37,971 nt of DNA from Chiloscyllium plagiosum (Eukaryota). The stretch is taken from the NCBI RefSeq assembly GCF_004010195.1, contig NC_057752.1, forward strand, positions 9,495,323 through 9,533,293, given 5' to 3'. The notes under the pieces were generated by a model. It was not told the DNA's origin. It made no database searches and was given only the letters and a program-made list of their open reading frames with translations. Shown here piece after piece: positions 1-11,599 of this stretch. A program made the translations under genes and the position numbers. Position 1 is the stretch's first letter, and every line of letters begins with the position of its first letter.

Positions 1-50
1 TGATAGTGTGGCATCAAGGCGCAATAGTTGAGTGTAGTGCTGAGGGTTTA

Positions 51-180
51 CTCCTGAAGAAGGGCTTAGACTCAAAACGTCGATTCTCTTCTCTTCCTTG
101 GATGCTGCCTGACCTCCTGTGCTTTTCCAGCACCACACTCTTGACTCTGATTTCCAGCATCCGCAGTACTTCCTTTCTCC
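51..180 (+). mobile_element. Penelope-like terminal repeat fragment with a degenerate hammerhead core
   Basis: CTGAAGA-agggcttagactc-AAAACGTC, then gatgctgcctgacc…ccagcatccgcagt…ctttctcc. Same family as 1785-1900 and 9903-10063. Confidence 0.6.
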
Positions 181-214
181 CATCAAGGAGCAGTACCAAA
201 GCTGAAAACAATGG

Positions 215-1240
215 GATGCATTTGAGTGGGAAAATTCCTCCTGCTATTTGGAGTCATACCTGGGACAAAAGCTGATTGTGATTTGTTGGAGGTTTATCAT
301 CCTGGGGCTGAGATATCTCTGCACGAATTTCTTGGGTTAGTGTTCTCGGCCTAGCCACCTTCAGCATCATCAATGACCTTCCCTCCGTTATAAGGTCAGA
401 AGTGGGAACGATTGCTGATGATTGCACAACATTCAGCACCATTCGTGACTCCTCAGATACTGAAATAGTCTATTCTAAATGTGGCAACACCTGGATAATA
501 TCCAGACTGGGGGCTAACAAATAGCAAGTAACAAAAAATAAGAATTGCTGGAAAAATTCAGGTCTGACTGCATCTGTGGAGATAAATCCAAGTTAATGTT
601 TTTGGTCTAGTGACCCTCCTTCAGAATGCCACTAACATTCACTTCATGTTGGTGCTAGGCAATGAGCATCTCTAACAAGAGAATTCAACCTTGATGTTTG
701 GCATAACTGACTAAATACCCCCAAGATCAACACCCTGGGGGTCATCACTGACCAGCAACTCAACTGGACAAGCCATGCAGATACTGTGGCTGGCCGAGGA
801 AGCCAGAGGCTAGAGATCCTGCAGTGAGAAGCTCTCCTCCTGACTCCCGATAGTCTGTCCACCACTTGCAAGGCACAAGTCGGGAGTGTGATGGAATACG
901 CTCCATTTTTCTGGTTAGCTCAGTTCCGACAACACTCGAAGAAACCCCATTTGAAGACAAAGGAATCCACTTGACACCACATCCACAAATGTCCATTCCC
1001 TCTTTCACTAACTGAGTGAGTAGCAGCAGTGTGTACTATCTACAAGATGCACTGCCAAAATTCAACAAAGATTCTTAGGTGGCACCTTCCAAACCCACAC
1101 CATCCTGAGTTGGAAATGTATCACTGTTCTTTCAGTGTTGGTGGGTTCAACTCCTGAAACTCCCTCTCTGACAGCATTGTGGGTCTACTGAAAGCACATG
1201 ACTTGCAGGTTTTAAGGAGGAAACTTGCTGCCACCACCAC
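215..1240 (+). mobile_element. Old CR1/L2-group LINE RT and 3' fragment
   Basis: Degenerate RT (…IINDLPSVIRSEVGTIADDCTTFS… at ~368-436) followed by typical C-terminal and 3' sequence. Interrupted by a Penelope-type piece at ~533-626. Confidence 0.7.
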
Positions 1241-1593
1241 CTTGACGCTGACTGTGGATGGACAACATGTTTTGTACTGCAGAGCAGGAGCAGTCCTAAA
1301 GCTCTAGGGTACACACCAGTTGATGGGAACCAACACTAGATTGTAACTAGTTACATTAAAACTGAATAGAATAGAGTAGCAGAGTCACAACAACCAATTT
1401 TAACAGTGGTATTCCGAGAGGACAGGAAACCAAATGTGAGTAGAATTAAAACAGGAGCAATACTGGAAGAATACTGAGCATTTTGTTTTCTCTTAAATGT
1501 TTTGGCTTAAAGTTGCCCTTTGGTGAGCTGATTTATATATGTTGAATGGATTATAGTGCATTTGTGATCTGTGCTTGGTTAAATAGTACAAAC

Positions 1594-1901
1594 CTGAAAA
1601 TGTGTTGCTGGAACAGCGCAGCAGGTCAGGCAGCATCCAGGGAACAGGAGAATCGACGTTTCGGGCATAAGCCCTTCTTCAGGGGAAAAAAAAACAAACA
1701 CCTGTTAAATTTTAACCATTTTTTTTTTTAAATTAAAAAATGGTCTTAAACTAGGAAAAGATGCAAAGATAACAGCTCAAAACAGCTTATGCCCGAAACG
1801 TCGATTCTCCTGTTCCCTGGATGCTGCCCAACCTGCTGCGCTGTTCCAGCAACACGTTTTCTGCTCTGATCTCCAGCATCTGCAGACTTCACTTTCTCCC
1901 C
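1594..1901. mobile_element. Inverted pair of Penelope-like terminal fragments with a 13-bp TSD and internal filler
   Basis: TSD AAATAGTACAAAC at 1581-1593 and 1902-1914. Arms 1594-1685 (-) and 1785-1901 (+) are largely reverse complements. Confidence 0.75.
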
Positions 1902-2274
1902 AAATAGTACAAACAACAATTGAAAGTGAATTTCAGAAACTTTTATTTGTTAATGATGTTTCTCACCACCGTTCCTTTCTTTGCCTGATACATAACTTTT
2001 TTCATTGCTTTCCTGAAAGCACATTTCCATGTGTTTTAAAGGCAGGTGTTTGCTTTGGTTTACTGCAATTTCATTTGAACCTGTGGCTGCAGTTGCTCTT
2101 CTACTCAACTGATATTGGTGAGGCTCTCTGGAGTAATCTACAGTATATGGCTTTAGGTAGTGTCATTATGGCTGGAGGGAAGTATGAAAGATTTGCTGCC
2201 TCTTTCTCCTCTTCCAGTAGCAAGAGGTCCCTGCTCAGCCTCTGAACTAGAGCCGAAAAATAATTTGACTGCTC

Positions 2275-2398
2275 AAACTAGGAAAAGATGCAAAGATAAC
2301 AGCTCTAAATAGGAACACCTTTTAGTTTAAAAAACTGGTCTTAAAATTTAACAGGTGTTCTTATTTTGAGCTGTTATCTTTGCATCTTTTCCTAGTTT
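2275..2398. repeat. Inverted repeat with 46-bp arms (outer 31 bp perfect)
   Basis: AAACTAGGAAAAGATGCAAAGATAACAGCTC (2275-2305) is the exact reverse complement of 2368-2398. Pairing extends to 2320/2353 with 2 mismatches. Confidence 0.9.
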
Positions 2399-2804
2399 AA
2401 GACCATTTTTTAATTTTAAAAAATGGTTTTAAAATTTAACAGGTGTTTCTGTTTTTTTAAAAAAAAACTCCCACAGCATTGTCTCAAAAGGCAGCAGTGG
2501 AGTACTCCCTGGTGACCAAGCTAATATTTGTCTCGACCAGTATAGTTAAGAAAACTGATTGCTTGAATGTTATCTCATTTGCCATTTTTGTAATCTTACT
2601 GTGGATAAATTTGGCCACTGTTTTCTTCATTACAGTAGTGACTACACTTAACCTCAGGGCATCCAAAAACACTTTATGAAAGGTGCATACAAATATTTGT
2701 TGAGTTGGAACCATTTTTTTTGGGTGACGGAACACTGCTTGAAGATTTTTTTTTAAAAGAAATCCAACCTGTTTGGTCATGTTCTAACACACCCCTCTTG
2801 TGGC

Positions 2805-2872
2805 CATCCCATCCTGAAGTGGAACTTAACCCCAGACCTCCTGTTCCAGCGATCAGGATGCTACCACTGTGC
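2805..2872 (-). mobile_element. tRNA-like SINE head remnant
   Basis: Minus strand gcacagtggtagcatcc…ggggttaagttcc gives degenerate A and B boxes. Confidence 0.4.
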
Positions 2873-3804
2873 TGCAAGACCTTATCTACACTGTTTGAAC
2901 TTGTTTCTTGAAATTGTACTAAAATGATTTGTTTACACTTCAATTATTGACTTTTACATTTGTTCTTGGTTAGAATATTTCTGCTGTCTTTTATGCAATT
3001 GGCTCAGTTTGCTGAAAGAGGGTACCTCTGTGTACCACATTTTAGAATTTTTTTTTTCTTCTTTTGCTCAAGTATTTTAGTGTTGTAACTTGTTACAAGT
3101 TGATAGCTGCATGTTACTGAACACAGCCTTAAACTAGTGAGATTTAAGAACGGGGAAGAAAATGAAGGGATTTAGAAAGAACAAATGGATTACAAAGGAG
3201 GAGGGGCAAGAGACAGAACGAATTATGTGTAAGAATCAGAAGCTACAATTTATTGCTCTTTTCTTTTTGAGGGGAGGATGAGTAACATTGCAGGAATGTA
3301 GACCATTGACAGTGCCTTTGCATCGTTTGAGTATTAGCTCAACTTTGCATGTTATGTTTGTTTTGCATTTTTAAACCAAATTAGTAATTTCTTGAAGGTT
3401 TACAGCTTGCTGTGATTTTTCATCAGGCTGATAGTGGGAATTGTCTGGCAATTTGATCATCTTGTGGATTATCTGTTGCACAGCAATGATGAGCACGTTT
3501 TTAAACTTGTCGTTTTACTTTCTAGCAAATTCTGGACTGTTGCCTCCTAATCATTTTGTGGTGATGAGATGTGTACAGTAGTGGAAACAATTCCACCATT
3601 TTTGCACTGCAGGTTGGAACAAAATCGGCACTTTTATTGAGCTTTTGCCAAGTGTGCTCTGGAACAGATGATGTGCTGCTCCCCTCTTTTGAATAGGTTT
3701 GGGAAGGGGGCGGAAGGTAGGGGTGGATGGAAGTGGCTGATTAAGCCTGGGTGTTTTGTTGGAACAGGGCTTCCCACACCCCAAACACTGAGCTACCATC
3801 AGCG

Positions 3805-3995
3805 TGTTTCTCACTCTTGCTTTCTTCTCCATTTGTTCTTGCATGCTTTCTCTCTTGCCTTCTGTTGCGTGCTCACACTCTCTTACATTTGTGCCCTCTT
3901 TATTTTTCTCTTTCTAGTTTTTGTTCTCGCTCACGCGCTCTCTCTCTCTCACACCTATTCTGTCTTTCTCTCATGCACTCTTTCATACACATGAA
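3805..3995. repeat. CT/CA-rich low-complexity tract
   Basis: Degenerate (CT)n and (CA)n. Confidence 0.7.
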
Positions 3996-6442
3996 TTGTC
4001 CCACTTTTCCTATAGCCATTGCGAAAGTTAGATTTTTATAAAAGTACACACACTTCCCCAATTTACCTGTATTGCAAGAACCAGATTTTTATACTTAACT
4101 TCCTGTTTATTATAAACTAAACTAAATAGATTCTTGCTATGGATAAACAATAAAGAATTGTTGCCAGTTAATTCTCCTACTGCTTAAAACATACATATAC
4201 CCACGCCATATGTTGGAGGGAAAGACTGGGATGTAATTTAGTGGCAACTGTTTTCCAGGGTTCACAGAGATGGTCCTTTTTTGAATTTTTCAGGATGCAG
4301 TGCTCCTTGATATGCCATCTCTGGATACTTTTGCTTGCTTGCAAAAGGTACAGGGTGGTTGGTTCACAGTTCTAATGTTTATGGCTTACTGATTTTTAAG
4401 AGCCACAGCATACCACAATGCTGAGGGAAAAGTAAACTGAATTTCTTCAGGCTTACTTGGGCTTTAATATAGAGCAATAACAACTCCCTTTTGAGAGGTC
4501 TGGTTTCTGCCCCAAGCATTCACACTTAAAGCTGTTCAGCTACCTGGAGACCAATCACATGGTTGCTGGCAGGCAGAAACCTTTGTCATTGTTCTGTAAC
4601 TAGTGACTAGTTATCAGTCAAGCTACTTATTGCTGGCATAATCTGTGTGTACTCCCTCGTTTTAGCTCATCTGCAGTAAAGGTACTGGCACTGAGGTAGG
4701 AAAACTGACTGACTGCTCTGCAAGTAGTTTCCTTTTGGGCCTTGATCTTCCACAACCGAATTTCCATACAATTTTTTTTTTCTCTGATTTTTGTGGGGCA
4801 GAGGGGTAGAATTGTAATTTTGTAATTGTTTCACAGAATGATAGATGCAAAAGGGGCAGTGAGCTTGTCTGGGATATACAAAAAAAGCAAAGCTGCCAAT
4901 TCCCATCATCAGGGTCATCGGTTTGCAGTGACCAAGTCAGATTCAGAGTTCCAGGGCTTGTATGTTTTAGGAAACTAAGTTTTGGCTGTTTGCTTTGTCT
5001 CTCCCTTATTCAACCTGAGCAAGTTTAGCTTTGATTGTAAAACAGAGTCACAAGTGAGCTAGGAAATGGTTTGTAAGAATAGAAGAACTGGCCAAGTTCA
5101 TGAAAAAAGACTTTGCGCTCACTGCATGGATTCATTTCGGCCAGGATCTGGGAAAATTTATAAGCTGACTTTCATCCCAGTCGAAGATGAATTGAAGTCA
5201 GTCCTTGGGTCAAAAGGCCAGTCTGCTAATGCACTGTGCTACAGTTTTGTGTGCCAAAACAAATTCTGTGCCATTTCAAAAATATGCATAAACATTGGAT
5301 TATTAAGTTCAAAACATAAAAGAAGACACTAAAAGCTAGTTTCTATCCAACTGTCAAAGGTCAACAAACTTCCCTTTTTCAGATCACTTCACAATAAATA
5401 AAATTCAGTGTAATCTTGAAACCACAAAACGAGGATAGGGGAAGAGTCTATCTGATATTACTACTTTTCTCCACCCCCTCTCCTATCCACACTCTCTCTC
5501 TCCTGCGATCCTTAATGTTTTACTGTCCATTATTCTGTTCTCCTGCAACCCCACAGAAAAAATAAAGCCTGTAGGCCCAGTGTTCAGCAAATTAATTATG
5601 GTAGCATGGAACAGTAACTTGACGTTTACTTCCCAATTCTAACTCTTAAAGCACAGGATGGGAAGAGGGTTGCACAAGAAACAGCTTGCACAGAGAGCAG
5701 CTTTTGAGGGTTTAAGAATGAGTTGTATTCCTTCATGGAGTATAATCCATAAATCAAACAAATCCGTGCTAAATAAAAACTACAATCACAAAAGATTTCC
5801 ATTCTTGTCTCTTGTGTTTTTCACCCCCTATTTAAATTAATTGAGCTGCCTCACAAGACCTGCTCAAACAGCAAACGTCTGCCATTACTTGGTCAACCAA
5901 GTGCTTATTGTGAGAAAACATCTGTCTCTTGCAGCTAGTACAACAACAGTAAAGCCAAACCCCCTATGTAGTTCCCAATCAGCTCCAAGAGCTACAGAGT
6001 GAAGCCACATGATGGCAACTTGGATTAGGATAGCATCCTTAACGTGATGGGATATGACAAAATCTAGCACGGTGAGGTAAAGACTATATCCCCCTCCTTT
6101 GAAAAGCTACCTTTGCTTACCTGGTTTAATAAAGAGGCTGCAAGCCATAGGGAGGGAGTTGCAGAGATTGTAACCTAGGCATCTGAAGGTTCAGCTACCA
6201 ATAGTGGAGTGATTTTCATATTTAGAGATAAGAGGTTGGAATAGAGCGATCTCAGAAGGTTGTGTGGTTGGGAGGACATTAGAGTGATTTGAAAACAGCT
6301 GAATTTTATCAGTAAGCTCTTCCCTTTTTTTTTTAAAGAAAGGAGTGGTTTAAACAGGGCATTTTTCTCTCTTCAAGCCTTCCTAACCAAAGCAGACACC
6401 TCTCTCTATTTATCCAGACAACACTACATCTTGTGAAACTTT

Positions 6443-6770
6443 TGGCACGGTGGCTCAGTGATTAGCCCTGCTGCTTCACAGCACCAGGGACCCGGGTTCG
6501 ATTCCAGCCTCTGTCTGGATTTTGCATATTCTCCGTCTGTCTGTCTGTCTGGGTTTCCTCCCACAATCCAAAGATGCACAGGTTAGGTGGATTGGCCATG
6601 CTAAATTGCCCATAATGTTCAGGGATGTTTAGGCTATGTGCATTAGTCAGGGGGAAAATGTAAAGTAATAGTGTAGAGGAATGGGTCTGGGTGGGATACT
6701 CTTTGGAGGCTCACTGTGGACTTGTTGGGCCAAATGGCCTGTTTCCATACTGTAGGGATTCTATGATTCT
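6443..6770 (+). mobile_element. HE1/V-SINE-like tRNA SINE
   Basis: A box (ggtggctcagtg), B box (ggttcgattcc), core shared with 34481-34800, and a gattctatgattct tail. Confidence 0.85.
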
Positions 6771-7523
6771 TTTTTATGGTTTGAGGCTCTGGCCTTTCAG
6801 TGCTGTGACTTGAGCTCAGTCAGTGCTTGGGTGCTTCTAGAAGGATTTAAGTCCGTGTCAACTCGGCCCCAAACAGGATCTATAAAATTCAAGAAGCAAT
6901 CACAAAGATGGTTGGTGTGGGGAACATGTAGCAGTCTGGGGCTAGGAGCAGTGACTTTGCTTTAGTGCAAATTTATTCATGATTAAGCCTATAGTATCTC
7001 CAAAAAAGGATTTTCTAAAGATGGTGCTACTGTGTTTTTGGGAAAAAAATATGTTCAGCTGGTTGTTCCTAAGTGCACACTATAATTACAGGAAAAATAA
7101 TAGAAGAACAAAATAACTTTCTTTTCTGCCCCCAGAGGGAGCTTTTAACTGTGTGGCTTAACATGTGCCTGATGAACTCTAATAAACAGAAAACGCTGAC
7201 CAATTTTCTCTACTTAACAAGCAACTATTTATTCATTATAAATCCAAATAATCAACTTTTTAATGCTTTTGTTTCTAACTTAAGGCCCTGCATATGTCCA
7301 GACAGACAAAATAAAATACATGGATGTTATGGGTGGCGGGGAAAAGAAAATTAGGGCCACATAGTTCAATAGCATTAGTCTACAGGATTCACCTGAGATG
7401 TTGCTTTTGCTTCTTCCAAGATCACAACAAAAAAAACTACTTCAATAACTAGACCTATCAACCAGATTTCTTAATAAACAAAATTGATTCAGTAAGTATT
7501 TATTATCAATAAAGGTGTAATAA

Positions 7524-7776
7524 CCCAGCCTTGGGCGACTGTCTGTGTGGAGGTTGTGCATTCTCCTCGTGTCTGCGTGGGTATCCTCCGGGTGCTCCGG
7601 TTCCTCCCACAGTCGAAAGATGTGAAGGTCAGGTGAATTGGCCTTGTTAAATTGCCCCATAGTGTAAGGTGCTTTAGTCAGAGGGAAATGGGTCTGGATG
7701 GGTTACTCTTCGGAGGGTCGGTGTGGATTTGTTAGGCCGAAGGGCCTGTTTCCACACTGTAGGGAATCTAATCTAA
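7524..7776 (+). mobile_element. 5'-truncated HE1/V-SINE-like SINE
   Basis: Core and (AATCT)n tail match 34545-34800. Confidence 0.85.
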
Positions 7777-9901
7777 AGAAAAATTGATTAATGTAAATAT
7801 AAAGGTATAAATGATTACCACTATAAATATCCCCAAAGTGCGCACATTCATCAAGAAAAGCGGAGTTAAAAGATTTCTCTGTCAAGACTAGCTTTTTGAG
7901 GGGGGGGGGTGGAAACTTTGCCTTCTATGCGAACCTATTCGCCAAAAGGATTAAGTGTGGAATGTTTAGGAGTCTGTTGCTTTGATGTTCTGGCATTTGT
8001 GGTCGAGTCACCAATCACGCACAATTGTCTTGAGGTTGTGCAGACCTAGCTTGCACAGGAAATACAACTTTGAGTTCAGTTTCTGTTCAAAGGATCAAAA
8101 AGGTTTCACCCTGAAATCCACAAGGTTTTTTTTTTCCCCTTTTTTAGAAATGGGAGAGATAGCTGAGCAGCTTATTCATAGCATGGTTTTTCTCCAACTT
8201 TGTTTTGTTTTTTAGCAGGTTTCCCTACAATCGAACGAGATAAAACCAGAACCTCTGCAACTCTTGTCATTGTTCCAAAATCGACCCCAACAAGGGCTTA
8301 CAGCAAAGCACACAGTTATCACCAGTTATGATTTTTAGGAAGCCTTGCTGTGAGAAGTATTTTGTTTGAAAGTAAGCGATTCTAAACACAAATCATCTTC
8401 GTATAAGCACCAGGTAAATATCTACAGTAAAACCGGGTATTTCCATTTAATTTGCTATTGTAATGAATCGGGCAGCCTGGTTGCAAAAACCTTTGCTTGC
8501 TCTGTAGAGCACTTTTGTTGTAAAAGTGACTCTATATTCTGGTCAAATTGTATGCGGCAGTGTTGTTTTTATAATTCACCCTGAATTTCAATCTCATTTT
8601 GATTATCTTTGAGCTGTTCGATGTACAAGTAGAGTGGATGATAGCATGTCACCTAATTAGCTATTTATATGTATTTTTCCTCATTCAAAATCCCTAATAG
8701 ATGTGAGCTTTACTCTTGTACTGTTCCTGCAGTTTAGCTCCTGATTATAATGCAGCAACGTTTTAGTATCTGCATTTCCATCCTTTTTTGATGGGTAAAA
8801 CTCCCTTTAATGTGCTTCTTTCAAATGCTCAGATGTCTGTGGTTTGCCATGTGTGATTGTTCATCTGTTGAATGACCTTCTGCTTGGCCTGAAGAGCACT
8901 GTTGCCATGGTGAAAGGGGTTTCAAGAGGTTTTCTGTGTTTAAATACATAGGGGTGTGGATGATTTTTGAATTATAAGCCTTTTATCAATCTGGTTCAGT
9001 TGGCCCTTTTTTTTATTTTTCAATAAAAATATCTTCCTACTTTCAGAATTGATTACATTCCCCCAAATGGCTCAGTCACTGCACTTTCTAGTTAGGCTAA
9101 GGAAACTCTGGTATGATCCCCGTCAATGCTGTATTAGTCGATCGCCTCCTTTTGCATGGTATTTGCAGTGCGTCCATTGGCTCTTCAGTGGCAGTTCTCA
9201 ATTGGAGTTCAGTCTCCTGGCTCCAAGAAATGAGCTTGCTTGAAACTCAAATAAGGCAGTTGTTTCTCTGTGAATTCTGAACAATTTGCCATGATATCCT
9301 GGGTTTTGAATCTGTTTATAATTAGACTATTGTCAGTCACTAGTATCTCTCCATAAAATCTTAGCATGTTAAGTAATGATACCAAAATGGAGGAGAGCAA
9401 AGATGAGATAGCTAAAGCTTCAATGAGAGGAATTGCATGTGAGTATCTTTCCCAAATATGTGTTGGTGGGAGTCATCTTCAAGTATGGTATAGAGGTGTT
9501 ACTGACCTTGTAAAATGATCTTTTATCCAACAAAACAGTTGTTTTTTTTTGTTGTTGGACTAATTGGGATGCAATCATCCACTCTTAGTTGGTGCCTTCA
9601 GTAAAATACCCTTTTTGTGTGCGTTTTTAGCAATCTGGATCTCTGGTGATGAGCCACTTTTAATGATGCAAGAAATTTGCTGGGGCATCATAGTCTGTGT
9701 ACAGACAGCAGAATCTCAGCTCTTTATTGCAGTTCGAAAAGATTTACCTTTTTTTTAATAAATGGAGATTGAAAGGCCTGATAAGTGTACTTTTCTTGAA
9801 ATGCTTCATGGAAGGAACTGAAAGTTCTCTGTTATTGTACAATATGTGTAGCAAGTTACTCTTGAGCTTCTGATTGCCGACTGGGTTTATAAACATGATT
9901 A

Positions 9902-10063
9902 TAGGAGAAAGTGAGGACTGCAGATGCTGGAGATCAGAGTCGAGAGTGTAGTGCTGGAAAAGCACAGCAGGTCAGGCAGCATCTGAGGAGCAGGAAAATC
10001 AACTTTTCGGGCCTCATTCCTGATGAAGGGCTTTTGCCTGAAATGTCAATTTTCCTGCTCCTC
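9902..10063. mobile_element. Inverted Penelope-like terminal fragments with a TSD
   Basis: TTATAAACATGAT (9887-9899) and TTATAAACAAGAT (10064-10076). CTGATGA…GAAA core at 10020-10043. Confidence 0.75.
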
Positions 10064-10294
10064 TTATAAACAAGATGTCCCTTTTCAACTGGAATAAGGT
10101 TGTATCCTTGAAGGAGTTTAATATTTCAATGGGTGAGTTAATGAGGTCCCAGTGCAAAAATTACCTAAAATGAAGATAATACAAATTAAAGGTTACTTTT
10201 TTTAACCAAGAATTCTTTTTGACAGGATGTTTTGGCTTTTGGTTATAAAATGGCATGTTGTATTTGTATATTTCCTTTTCATTTACTAGTAGGG

Positions 10295-10875
10295 TGGGAG
10301 TGTTGCTGGCCGGGCTAGCATTTATTGCCCTATCCATAGTTGCACTTGAAGGTGGTGGTGAGCTGCCGCCTTGAACTGCTGCAGTCTGTGTGTTGTAGGT
10401 AGACTGTCAAACTGGGGAGAGAACTCTAGGATTTTAACCCAGTGACACTGAAGGAATGGTAATATATTTCCAAGTCAGGGTTGTGAGTGACTTGGGGGCA
10501 ATTTGCAGGTGGTTCCCATGTATCTCCTGTCCTTGTCTTTCAAATGGAACAGGCTGTGGGTTTGAAAGGTCTATCTAAGAATTTTTGCAGTACAGCACTG
10601 CTGCTATTGAACACTGTTGGTGGTGGGCTGCCAATTAAGCTTGACACCATCATCCCGGATAAAACAGCCTGCTGAAGTGTTGTTGGAGCTGCATTCATCC
10701 AGTGGGGATGTATTCCAAGTGGGGAGTATTCCATCACACTCCTGACATGTGCCTTTGGTGGACAGGCTTTGGTGAATCAGGAACTGAGTTACTTGCTGCA
10801 ATATTCCCAGCTTCTGACTTGCTCTTGTCGCCACTGTATTTATATGCCAAGTCCAGTTCAGTTCCTGGTCAATAG
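10295..10875 (-). mobile_element. Old CR1-group LINE 3' fragment, same family as 215-1240
   Basis: Reverse complement matches 730-1230 (WTWHINTVATRASQKLGILQ; gagtgtgatggaatac). Confidence 0.7.
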
Positions 10876-10914
10876 TGTTTGTGTGGCACATATATTACTT
10901 ACTTTCATAAAGTC

Positions 10915-11230
10915 CTAAAGGACAGAAACAGACCCTTCAGTCCAACCAGTGCATGCCGATTGTAATTCCAAACTAAATTAGTCTCACCAAATTCCAAACT
11001 AAACTGCCTGCTTCTGGCCCATATCCCTTCAAACCTTTCTTATTCAGGTACTTCTTTAAGTGTCTTTTAAACATTGTAACTATGCCCACATCAACCACCG
11101 TTCTCAGGAGGTTCAATACACAAAAGAACCACTGGTTTAAAAAAAAAAATCGCATCATCTTTTTTAAATCTCCTTTTTGTTCAAGTCGCATCTAATGTTC
11201 CTATCTATCCTTGATCTTCTGCTCCTAGTG
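10915..11230 (-). mobile_element. CR1 3'-end fragment
   Basis: Minus-strand FKRHLKKYLNKKGLKGYGP, a typical CR1 ORF2 end, followed by the 3' tail. Confidence 0.6.
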
Positions 11231-11599
11231 GTGCGTGTACAAGAAAAAGTGAAAATAAGTTTCTTCCCCCCCCCCCCCCCCCCCCCCCCTTTTGCGTTTG
11301 TCTGTTTACAAAACACAAACCACCTCAATGCAGAATTCTTACTCGCTCATACACTTTCTGACTTTGCTGGTCCAATATGAATATTAACATGTTGTCTGTG
11401 TCAAACTTCAATACATTTTTTTTTCAAAATACCAATCAGCACAGCTCTGGAAAATGTACCATTGCAAGACTGTGTTTTAAAGTACAGTGTTGTTCTCTGA
11501 AATATTAAGTGAGGGGTGCAGAGATTGGGAGAAGCAGGGCCCTAGATTGATTTAATGTTATTTGAATTGTTTTTTCTTCTTAAGAGTAATCCACTTTAC

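Noticed and set aside
3551..4041. Hydrophobic ~100-aa ORFs
   Set aside because: They arise from CT-rich low-complexity sequence and show no recognisable domain.
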